This document shows positions 21,635 through 30,500 of a stretch of 64,000 bases of DNA, one piece after another. Each line of letters begins with the position of its first letter. The first letter of the stretch is position 1. Source of the stretch: Candidatus Omnitrophota bacterium. Lineage in GTDB: Bacteria > Omnitrophota > Gorgyraeia > JABMRG01. Where the stretch lies: positions 1,574 to 65,573 of the forward strand of contig JBHPDT010000002.1 of NCBI GenBank assembly GCA_042577545.1. Direction: 5' to 3'. The translations under genes were made by a program, and so were the position numbers. The notes beneath the pieces are model-generated. The model was not told the DNA's origin. It did no database searches and saw only the letters and a program-made list of their open reading frames with translations.

Positions 21635-21868
21635 TCATCCTTTAAATCTTCCTACATTAATATGGAGTCGCCTTATCTTAGTATGCAGTGTATTTCGATT
21701 TATACCGAGAACCCTGGCCGCAATTATCTGATTGCCGCATGAATGTTGTAGCGCCTTCTCAATAAGCTCTTTTTCGACGTGTTCGATTACTTTAGCATAT
21801 ATCCGACCTCTGTTCAATGTAAAAAAAGTATCATCTATAAAGCTGTTATTTTCTGAAATCATTGTCAA
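21635..21868 (-). CDS. Stand-alone Fis/NtrC-type HTH protein
   Basis: VEKELIEKAL...GNQIIAARVLGINRNTLHTKI (HTH_8 pattern); GGAG RBS before TTG. Confidence 0.85.
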   Translation of the reverse strand: MTMISENNSFIDDTFFTLNRGRIYAKVIEHVEKELIEKALQHSCGNQIIAARVLGINRNTLHTKIRRLHINVGRFKG

Positions 21869-21956
21869 ACTCCAGATCGCTCTGATTAAAAAACTGAGAG
21901 ATTGTTCCAGGTCCTTCGATTGATATATGTTTTATAATGAGTATCATGGCATAGAA

Positions 21957-22120
21957 AGTAACCAGTAGATTTGAGTAACCAGAAACCTGTAACCAGTAAC
22001 CAGAAGATTCCGTATATCAGGAAGAATCGATCTGGTTTCTGGCAACTGGTTTCTGGTAACTCATGTATAAGAGCATGTTGTCAGATTGATCTGGTTTCTG
22101 GTAACTGGTTTCTGGTTACT
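21957..22120. repeat. Inverted heptamer arrays (TAACCAG)n/(CTGGTTT/A)n
   Basis: AGTAACCAGAAACCTGTAACCAGTAACCAG followed by two CTGGTTTCTGG(C/T)AACTGGTTTCTGG blocks; same type at 59256-59340. Confidence 0.8.
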
Positions 22121-22123
22121 TTG

Positions 22124-23509
22124 TTATGTAATCGCTAAGTATTTATCCAACTCACACTCAGGGACCTGAATTCTATACTCATTCCATTCCTTCTTCTTCA
22201 ACTCGATAAACCTTGAGAAGATGTGATCACCTAGAGTCCTCTTGACTAAGCTGCTCTTCTCTGTAATTGATATAGCATGACCAAGGCTATCAGGAAGCGT
22301 ATCTATGCCCTGTTTTTTCCTCTCAGAATCTGTCAGATGATATAGATTTGTCTCCATAGCCTTAGGAGCTTTATACTTCTTCTCAATACCATCAAGCCCT
22401 GCTTGAAGCATAGCCGCAAATGTCAGATATGGATTACATGCTGGATCTGCTGCTCTGAATTCGCATCTAGTCGCCTTTTCCTGACCTGGGTGATATAAAG
22501 GAACTCTGACTAAAGCGCTCCTATTTCTTCTTGACCAAGCTATATATACAGGGGCCTCATACCCAGGAACTAATCTCTTATAAGAGTTTGTTGTCTGAGC
22601 GAATATGGAGCAGATCTCTTTTGAGTGCTTCAATAATCCCGCGATATACTGGCGCGCGGTATCAGATAGAAAATCACTAGACTTTGGATCATGAAACGCG
22701 TTCTTATCTCCCTTAAAGAGAGACTGGTGTGTATGCATGCCAGAACCATTCTGACCAAAAATAGGCTTAGGCATGAATGTAGCATATACTCCAAACTTGC
22801 TCGCTATCTCCTTTACAACAACTCTATATGTAATCACATCATCTGCCATCTTTAAGGCATCATCATAACGCATATCTACCTCATGCTGTGATGGAGCAAC
22901 CTCATGATGGGAATATTCAACATGTATACCCATCTGCTCAAGAGCAAGTACTGTCTCGCGCCTGAGATCGCTGGCAACATCAAGTGTTGTAAGATCAAAG
23001 TAGCCGCCCTTATCGAGAATCTCCGTACCTTCATCATTCTTAAAATAGAAGAACTCTAGTTCAGGACCAAGATAAAAGTGGTCAAACCCCATCTTTTTGG
23101 CTCTCTGTAGAGCTCTCTTTAAGACATAACGAGGATCACCTTCATATGGTTTCCTGTCCGGTGTAAGGATATCGCAGATCATCCTAGCTACCGCCTTCTC
23201 CTTAGGTCTCCACGGAAGCAGAGAAAACGTATTAGGATCTGGCATAGCTATCATATCTGATTCTTCAATATCCTGATAACCTGTTATTGAAGAACCATCA
23301 AATCCCATTCCATTCTCAAGAGCGTTCTTGAGCTCTACGTCTGTAATTGAAAAACTCTTTACCTGCCCCAAGAGATCTGTAAACCAGAGACGAATAAACT
23401 TAACATCATTATCCTTTACTAGTTTAAGCACGTCCTCTTTTGTCTTTCTTCCCTTGGTGCCCTTTGCGCTGACCTTCGTCGGTCTTTTTGCTGTTGCTAC
23501 TGGTGTCAT
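22124..23509 (-). CDS. glnA: Glutamine synthetase type I (copy 1)
   Basis: Full GS I motifs and an NLYHL tyrosine loop. Start reassigned to MTPVAT after a GAGGG RBS; the ORF-track extension runs through an attenuator. Confidence 0.95.
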   Translation of the reverse strand: MTPVATAKRPTKVSAKGTKGRKTKEDVLKLVKDNDVKFIRLWFTDLLGQVKSFSITDVELKNALENGMGFDGSSITGYQDIEESDMIAMPDPNTFSLLPWRPKEKAVARMICDILTPDRKPYEGDPRYVLKRALQRAKKMGFDHFYLGPELEFFYFKNDEGTEILDKGGYFDLTTLDVASDLRRETVLALEQMGIHVEYSHHEVAPSQHEVDMRYDDALKMADDVITYRVVVKEIASKFGVYATFMPKPIFGQNGSGMHTHQSLFKGDKNAFHDPKSSDFLSDTARQYIAGLLKHSKEICSIFAQTTNSYKRLVPGYEAPVYIAWSRRNRSALVRVPLYHPGQEKATRCEFRAADPACNPYLTFAAMLQAGLDGIEKKYKAPKAMETNLYHLTDSERKKQGIDTLPDSLGHAISITEKSSLVKRTLGDHIFSRFIELKKKEWNEYRIQVPECELDKYLAIT

Positions 23510-23547
23510 TTTTGTACCCTCACTTTCTTTTTTTGCCCAATAAAATA

Positions 23548-23620
23548 CAAAACGCCCAACATCATCTACTATGACATTGAACGTCCTCGTTCCTATGCTA
23601 TTTTTGCACAAACCTTGTGC
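23548..23620 (-). promoter_or_regulatory. ANTAR-like attenuator between glnK and glnA
   Basis: GCAC-AAGGTTT-GTGC, then GAAC-GAGGAC-GTTC overlapping a long terminator-like stem ending GGGCGTTTTGTATTTT. Loops deviate from consensus. Confidence 0.55.
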
Positions 23621-23688
23621 TTTATTGCTTACACTTCTCTGGTATCTTGTATTCATAAGTAGAAATCCACCTATCTTGGTAACCCTAT

Positions 23689-24030
23689 TTAGCCTATTGC
23701 CTCATTTCCGCGTTCACCAGTTCTTATGCGTATACATTCAGGCAGATCGAGCACAAAGATCTTGCCATCCCCTATCTTTCCTGTCTTTGCTCCACTGATT
23801 ATAGCATTTATCGTTGGTTCGACGTAATCCTCATTAATCGCTATCTCAAGTTTTACCTTCTTCAGCAGGTTTATATCATGTATAACGCCTCTGTAGGTCT
23901 CTGTAAATCCTTTTTGTTGTCCACATCCAAGAGCATTTGTTACAGTCATCTTATAGACTTGCGCATCATATAAGGCTTTTTTGACGTCAGGCAGCTTGTG
24001 TGGCTGTATCATTGCAATTATTAATTTCAT
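23689..24030 (-). CDS. glnK: P-II nitrogen regulator
   Basis: GCGQQKG, TETYRG T-loop, [17 protein letters not shown]; adjacent to amtB. Confidence 0.93.
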   Translation of the reverse strand: MKLIIAMIQPHKLPDVKKALYDAQVYKMTVTNALGCGQQKGFTETYRGVIHDINLLKKVKLEIAINEDYVEPTINAIISGAKTGKIGDGKIFVLDLPECIRIRTGERGNEAIG

Positions 24031-24055
24031 TTTATCTCCTCCAATCTCTATGCAA

Positions 24056-25312
24056 CTATTCTGTTATAAAGACCTGAAATCCAGCATAGGATTCCATGCC
24101 ATGCTCCCCTATGTCTAAGCCTTTGAGCTCTTCATCCCTTGAAACACGAAGCCCGATAGTAGAGTCGATAATCTTAAATACTATACCCATAGCTGCAAGG
24201 ATAAAGATTATGACCGATCCCACGCCCAAAAGCTGAATGAACAACTGCTTTAGACCTCCCCCATATAATAATCCATTATTCGCCACACCCAGTGATTTCA
24301 TGCCAAATATACCTATTGCTAATGTACCCCAGATACCATTCAATCCGTGGACTGGCACAGCACCAACAGGATCATCTATTCGTAGCTTATCGAGAAGCAC
24401 AACTCCAAGCACTACTATAATACCACCTACAGCGCCTATTATTATAGCAGCCCACGGCTCAACAAACGCACAAGGAGCGGTAATAGCGACAAGCCCTGCT
24501 AAAGCGCCATTCATAGCCATCGAAAGATCTGGTTTACCAAACATCTTCCAGACCGTTAGCATTGCCGTAATACCACCGATCGCGGCTGCTAAATTTGTAT
24601 TAATAGCAACCCTGGCAATCAGAGAACCATCTCCAACGCTTAGGGTTGAGCCTGGATTAAAACCAAACCAACCAAACCACAAGATGAATACACCTAAAGA
24701 TGCCAGAGGTATCGAATGCCCAGCTATAGCATTGGCACTTCCATCAGGATTATATTTTCCAATTCTAGGCTTAAGCATAATCGTGCCAATCAACGCTGCA
24801 AAACCACCTACAGCGTGAACAACAGTTGAGCCAGCAAAATCAGCAAATCCGAGATTAGCTAGCCATCCGCCTCCCCATATCCAGTGACCTACTATGGGGT
24901 ATATGAATGCGGATATTATAAATGAATATAATAGATATGCCTGAAACTTCATCCTCTCAGCCATACCACCTGCAACTATTGTTGCGGCTGCGCCGCAGAA
25001 CGCGGCCTGAAATAACCAGAACGCATGCAAGGGTATAGGTGCTGCAGATTCAGCACCCTTTAGAAAGAACCCTGTAAAACCCATGAATCCGTTACCTACG
25101 CCAAACATGATCGCATATCCAAATATAAAGAAACCTATAGACGCCATGCAAAAATCGAGGAAGTTCTTTGTAAGTATGTTACAAGTATTCTTCGATCGTA
25201 TAAATCCAGCCTCAACCATACCAAACCCAGCTTGCATAAAAAATACCAAAAATGCTGCTAAAAGAACCCAAAGTGTGTCTACGCCAACTGTTAATAATTT
25301 TATCGCCTCCAT
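24056..25312 (-). CDS. amtB: Ammonium transporter
   Basis: [46 protein letters not shown] (both pore histidines present). Confidence 0.96.
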   Translation of the reverse strand: MEAIKLLTVGVDTLWVLLAAFLVFFMQAGFGMVEAGFIRSKNTCNILTKNFLDFCMASIGFFIFGYAIMFGVGNGFMGFTGFFLKGAESAAPIPLHAFWLFQAAFCGAAATIVAGGMAERMKFQAYLLYSFIISAFIYPIVGHWIWGGGWLANLGFADFAGSTVVHAVGGFAALIGTIMLKPRIGKYNPDGSANAIAGHSIPLASLGVFILWFGWFGFNPGSTLSVGDGSLIARVAINTNLAAAIGGITAMLTVWKMFGKPDLSMAMNGALAGLVAITAPCAFVEPWAAIIIGAVGGIIVVLGVVLLDKLRIDDPVGAVPVHGLNGIWGTLAIGIFGMKSLGVANNGLLYGGGLKQLFIQLLGVGSVIIFILAAMGIVFKIIDSTIGLRVSRDEELKGLDIGEHGMESYAGFQVFITE

Positions 25313-25336
25313 CTTAGTATGCCCCCTTTCTTTTTT

Positions 25337-26131
25337 TTAAAAACTGTAAGCTAAAACTCCACCAAAGTAAACCTCATCATCCTGATTGCCATCATTCGCA
25401 TCTTCAAGATCTCCAAAAGGAATAGAATAGCCCACTGTTGGAGCAATGGTGCATTTTTCGCTTAAAGCGATTGTTAATGCTGCCCCAAGCCCAACATCAC
25501 CACCACCATCTCCAACAATAAAGAGTTCATTGTTATATCCGACATGAGCACTTAAATCAAGACTTGCGGGTGTCTCCGGTATCGCATAGCTATAGCTAAG
25601 CTCACCGACAACATAATCTCCATCTCCTCCACCTGAATCCTCTTCACCAAAATCATGATACCAAGTAACTGAAGGTGATAGTATTACATCTAAAGCTGCT
25701 CCCACATAGAACTCACGACTTGCGAGATCAGCTGCGGGAAAATCATAGTAGGCAAACCCTCCTGATACTGTCAGCGGTACCTTCAAATATTCATTAAGAT
25801 CATGACTATATCCCACGACATAATCTACCTCATCCGAATTTAGGTCGTCATCAGCGTCAAAATCGAAACTAGACCATACACTGGCTTCAAAGCCCCAGCC
25901 GCTCAGATAGATCCCAGGCTGTATCACAGGATCATCATCAAGTTTAAAACCCCTCCACATGTATTTATCATAGACCGCTATATCAGAGGTCACCTCAATG
26001 GGTGTATCTGTAAGTAGCGGCTCTGTATCCTCATCTGATGCCATTAAGATACCCCTATTAACAATGGTTATGCAACATACAAGCGCCAACACCAACAACC
26101 CCCTTACCAACTTCTTCTGATTCTTATTCAT
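25337..26131 (-). CDS. Outer-membrane beta-barrel (TorF/Gcw-like putative porin) upstream of amtB
   Basis: Signal peptide, KYMWRG...PVIQP, EVDY motifs, C-terminal aromatic beta-signal LAYSF. Start MNKNQ after GGAG. Confidence 0.75.
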   Translation of the reverse strand: MNKNQKKLVRGLLVLALVCCITIVNRGILMASDEDTEPLLTDTPIEVTSDIAVYDKYMWRGFKLDDDPVIQPGIYLSGWGFEASVWSSFDFDADDDLNSDEVDYVVGYSHDLNEYLKVPLTVSGGFAYYDFPAADLASREFYVGAALDVILSPSVTWYHDFGEEDSGGGDGDYVVGELSYSYAIPETPASLDLSAHVGYNNELFIVGDGGGDVGLGAALTIALSEKCTIAPTVGYSIPFGDLEDANDGNQDDEVYFGGVLAYSF

Positions 26132-26244
26132 GTTTTTCTCCTTTACCCTTCGACGCGGCCAGCTTCGCTGGCCTTGCTCAGGGTTAATTCGCACAGCAAC
26201 TTATGTTCACTCACTTTGCTCGTTCCATAAGTTGCGTGCTCATT

Positions 26245-26389
26245 AAAAAATCCGAATCTATCTGCCCCTTAGCAGATCGGATTCGGACATCTCTGTCTTT
26301 TTTTTGCTTGCTATCCTAAGCAAGTCCTCTTACAACAAAAAAGGCGACTAATTAAATTAAACGCCTTTGTAGCTACACTTCAATGTGTC
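26245..26389 (-). promoter_or_regulatory. Two consecutive ANTAR-like attenuators between the sigma gene and the porin
   Basis: ACAC-ATTGAA-GTGT plus AC-AAAGGC-GT overlapping terminator AGGCG...CGCCTTTTTT; then GAC-AGAGAT-GTC overlapping terminator TCCGAATC...GATTCGGATTTTTT. Confidence 0.7.
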
Positions 26390-26421
26390 TTTAAAAAACT
26401 CAATTTCATAAGTAAAAAATC

Positions 26422-26934
26422 TTAATCTTGGTAACCCTTCTTCCAGCGATTAATGATAGATTTTTTATACTTTACGATCATAACATGTGATACACCTAGC
26501 TCCTTTGCCGCATCACGAGCTGTATAACCTTTTAATAGTAGTACTAGTACTTTCTTCTCTTTAGCGGTAAAGCCATTAGACATGATCTTCTCAAAGGTAA
26601 GACCCCTGTCAGCAACCCTATCGATATCCTCAGAATCACACACAAGGGTCTCGCCAAGGGTATATCCATAATCTCCAATAGGCAACTCTGTGCTCATGAG
26701 AATAGCTTTGTCTTTCTTCACACGAATATAGTTTAGGATATGGAATTCACAGCTCTTAGCAGCATAGGATTCATTCATATCCTCAGGTAGACCATCCTTA
26801 AAGCGCTCCCAAAGGTGAATGCACATCTCCTGATATATATCATCCTCATTAGCTAAGGCGCAGCGATTACCATATATCTTGGCGATCTTTCGCAATCTCG
26901 TATCTAGTCTTTTAAATAATTCGTTAAAGTTCAT
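26422..26934 (-). CDS. ECF-type sigma-70 family factor
   Basis: Region 2-like EDDIYQEMCIHLWE and region 4 HTH FTAKEKKVLVLLLKGYTARDAAKELGVS; 170 aa. Confidence 0.8.
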   Translation of the reverse strand: MNFNELFKRLDTRLRKIAKIYGNRCALANEDDIYQEMCIHLWERFKDGLPEDMNESYAAKSCEFHILNYIRVKKDKAILMSTELPIGDYGYTLGETLVCDSEDIDRVADRGLTFEKIMSNGFTAKEKKVLVLLLKGYTARDAAKELGVSHVMIVKYKKSIINRWKKGYQD

Positions 26935-27052
26935 TTCTACACCTATTTAATCCGCCTACGCCTTTAATACAGCCTTACAACTGTAAGGCTTCGGCGAGAT
27001 TAATTCGGCCATACTACTTACGTCACTTTGTTCCGTAAGTTGTGGCCTCATT

Positions 27053-27274
27053 AAAAAAAGGCATCCTGAACCATTCTTTGGCTTTGGATACCTTCATTGG
27101 TATTATTCGCTTTACCCCGAACCAAATTTACGATCACAGTTAGCACTAACAAAATTTGGTACGGGGTTAATTCGCACTTATAACTTATGTCCACTTTGTG
27201 TGACATAAGTTATGTGCTCATTAAAAAAGACGCCCCGCTCCGGACGCCTCATTGCTTTAGCACATACATTGTGC
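27053..27274 (-). promoter_or_regulatory. Leader with two ANTAR-like attenuators separated by palindromic elements
   Basis: GCAC-AATGTAT-GTGC plus GC-AATGAG-GC overlapping terminator GGCGTCCG..CGGGGCGTCTTTTTT (27223-27274); TACC-AATGAA-GGTA overlapping terminator AAGGTATCC...GGATGCCTTTTTTT (27053-27102). Confidence 0.7.
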
Positions 27275-27290
27275 TTTTACCTTCAGCATA

Positions 27291-27318
27291 AGTATACCAT
27301 ATAATCCCGATTTGTCAA
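27291..27318 (-). promoter_or_regulatory. sigma70 promoter heading the nitrogen operon
   Basis: TTGACA-16 nt-TATACT with extended -10 TG. Confidence 0.75.
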
Positions 27319-27381
27319 CCTCTTTTTCAGGGGTTCAGGGGACAGGGTTCAGGGGACAGAAAATTTACGCTAACCTCACCT

Positions 27382-27534
27382 CGTCATTGAGGAGGCCGCA
27401 GGCCGACGTGGCAATCTCCATCCTGATATAGGCTACACCTTGATCAAAGGACAGGGATTGCTTCGCCCCTCACTTTCCGCCTATGGCGAGATCTCGCCGC
27501 CTTCGGCGGCGGACGTTCGTGGCCCGCAATGACG
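27382..27534. repeat. CGTCATTG...GCAATCTC / GATTGC...CGCAATGACG palindromic element with a nested GGCGAGATCTCGCC hairpin
   Basis: The arms are inverted repeats; same family as 39142-39231. The nested piece (27476-27513) resembles 12103-12140. Confidence 0.8.
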
Positions 27535-27556
27535 GTAGTGTTATCTATATCAATTC

Positions 27557-30500
27557 TCAGGCCGCAGCAGAAATAGCCTGATATGCCTTGCGAAGCTCTG
27601 CATGCTCAGCTAGTGGCAATCGCGACTCAACAGTTTGCGTTACTGCTACTGCAGCTCCTTCTTCCGGCAGATCTAGGTACTCAACAAGCCATGGGGCGTT
27701 GGTTTTCATAGTATCGAGCAATCCGTTAAAGTCGTTATCAAGACAGGCATTTTTAACTTTCTCTAATAATTCTTTTACTTCTCTATTGCGTCGCATATCA
27801 GCAACAAGCCTAGATAATCCCTTTGCATCATCATAAACCTGAAGATACCGCCTTCTATATCTTGTATAAGTTGTGTGTCGACCAAAGTAATATAACATCT
27901 GAAGATATGCCTTAATCGCTTTATCACTATGACGAGAGTCATATCTGTGCTCAATTATATTTCTTGCAGTATGAAAATGAATTCTCAAAATATCTCTTTC
28001 GCTGTATTGCTCTGAGAGAATCCTAACACCAGCATATTCAATAGATTCAATCAGAAAAGCTCCCCAGCCGCTTTGGTCAAGATATTCACGTATTGTAACC
28101 ATGGACTGTATCATTTGTTGAGTCAAAGCCGTTTCTTCAGTCTGACCCAATTTTTCAGGTGTCTTAACTATGAACAATAAATCAAAATCATGATCTGGCT
28201 CTAACAGGCACCAGCCGTCCTCCTCAAAAAGATATCTGCTGCTGCCAACAATCTGTGGTCTTATATCAAAATTTCCAGTAGACGCCATTTCAGTCATGTA
28301 CAATCTAACAATATCGGAAAGTAGTTTCTCAAACAGTGTAATATTTATCTTGCCATCCTTGATCAACGCCTCAGGATCTACCTCAATACTGTTAAAATCC
28401 AATCCAGCTGATGAGGCCTTGGGAGCTGCTGCAGCTTCATCTGGCAAGCCCAGTCCCTGCACAAGCCATGGGGCGTTAATTTTCATTTGTCGCAAAAGAC
28501 TATCATAATGCGAATCATCTAAAGACGAATTAAGAACACGCCCAGAAAGTTGTTTGATGTATGGATCGCGTCTCATCTTATGCGCAAGTTCCCACATTTG
28601 CGAAGGTTTGCCCCATGCATGAAAAAACTTCTTTCTATAGTCTTCATATTTTTTTCTCTGCTCTGTTGTGCCAAAATAGTACAATAACTGAATATAATTT
28701 TTTACAATCTTTATGATGTTCTTATCTGTGGCATCTAATTCTAAATTATTATAACACTTAAGAAAGTCTTGGATTGCAACTAGGTGAAATACTAAAACAT
28801 CCTTCTCACTAAATCGATCACCCATTATGTTAGCAAACTCTATAAAAGGAGTAAAATAAGCTTCCCATTCAGGTTGGCTAAAATAACCATCTATTGCCGC
28901 GGATAAGTCGACCCAAATTTGACTTAAATCCACACGCTTAGAATTTTTTACTACAAAAAATATCTCAATGTCATGCTTTGGCTCTAATAAGCACCAGCCA
29001 TCATACTCAAATAAATATCTACTACTACCTACAACCTTGACACTTACCTCGGCTCCACTCTTTGGAATCTCTTTCTTTACATATAGCATAGCTATATCAG
29101 ATAAGAGCTTCTCAAACAAAGCAATATTTATCTTCCCATCCTTGATCAATTCTTTGGGCTCTACCTCAATACTGCTAAAATCCAATCCGGCTGATGAGGG
29201 TTTTGATATCGACTTTCGATACGCGTCAAGCCACGCATAAACAGCACTTGGGTGGCCGGAGACAAAGGACTCTGTTAAACCACTTGGGTCAGATAATACC
29301 TCAGGTAGTATCGGAAACGCCTCTTCACCTTTATGATTAAGGCAGATACCGCCTGCCTTGGCTATGAAATAGTGAGCGCCTGCGTCAACTGCCTTTTGGC
29401 CACCAAAGACTAGGAGATGTGGAAATTTAAGACTAGAAAAGGTTCCACTTGCTGCGACACGCGCTCCATCAAACCATGTTGATTGCATATCCTCACCAAC
29501 ATTATCCATATTAATATAAGAAGCAAGTTCTTCTCGCCAATTAGGCTGTATCCATGGCCAGCCTCTATCTCTTGAGTCTTTTCTGCGAACAGTCTCAAGC
29601 GCAATACGAGCAGATTTTAGATCATCAATAGAAGCAACCTGTAAAGCCATACCATTAAGCGTTGTTGCTTCATCAAAAAGCATGGCCTCAAAAAGGGAGC
29701 CGGGCATGTCTTCGATTTTCGGGGCCCCTTCTATGTCATATTCTGGAGAATATCCAATCGTCATAACTGGCACGCCCTTATAATACAGGGCAAATCCTAT
29801 CATCCAGATGCGGCTCCATTCCGTACCATATCCTACATCTTGTCCAAGGCTTTTAAACTGATCTGATCCATCAATAGGATCCAATACTGTAGTCCAGGCG
29901 GAGACAGAAAAATTTTCGTTTTGTTCTCCTACAGCTAATGCCAAGCTCGGATCACCGATCTTTTCCTCAAACACAAGCCGTGTGCGCTTGATATGCTCCA
30001 TGAAAATAGGAAGAAGATTTGCTTGGGAATAGAGATCTCCCTTTGTCACAGGAGATCCATCAAGCTTCTCATCAGCTTCTATCATTTCAGCGTGGTTCTC
30101 ACGCAGATGTTTACCAACCTCAATTATTTTACCGCGAACAGCTTCTTTGATCTCGCGAAGCTCAGGTTCCACAATTTCACCCGACCGCAAACCTTCCCAG
30201 ATAATATTTTTGCATGGCTGATTCGCAAGCCACTTTGGTTCTGCACTATCAGCTCTTCCAGCTGATGAGGCCTTTTCAGCTTCTCTATCTTCTGCTGGAA
30301 GATTTAGCCCCTTCAGGAGCCATGGGGCGTTGGTTTTCATGATGTCAAGTAACCCGTTATAATCGTTATCAGCATCAGCACTTAAAACTCTCCTTAATAA
30401 TTCTGCTGCCTCTTTATTGCGCCGTAAATCAGCAACAAGTTTAGATAGCTCACTTGCATCATGATGGTTTCTCAGATAACGACCCTTGTATTCTGTATAA

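Noticed and set aside
23510-23656. ORF-track N-terminal extensions of glnA (and of glnA2, gltB, porin, transposase, proB, pilO)
   Set aside because: They run through promoters, attenuators or repeats; downstream starts fit RBS position or family N-termini better.
26245-27290. Glutamine (glnA) riboswitch in the nitrogen leaders
   Set aside because: The conserved glnA-motif core was not found; the hairpins fit ANTAR sites better.
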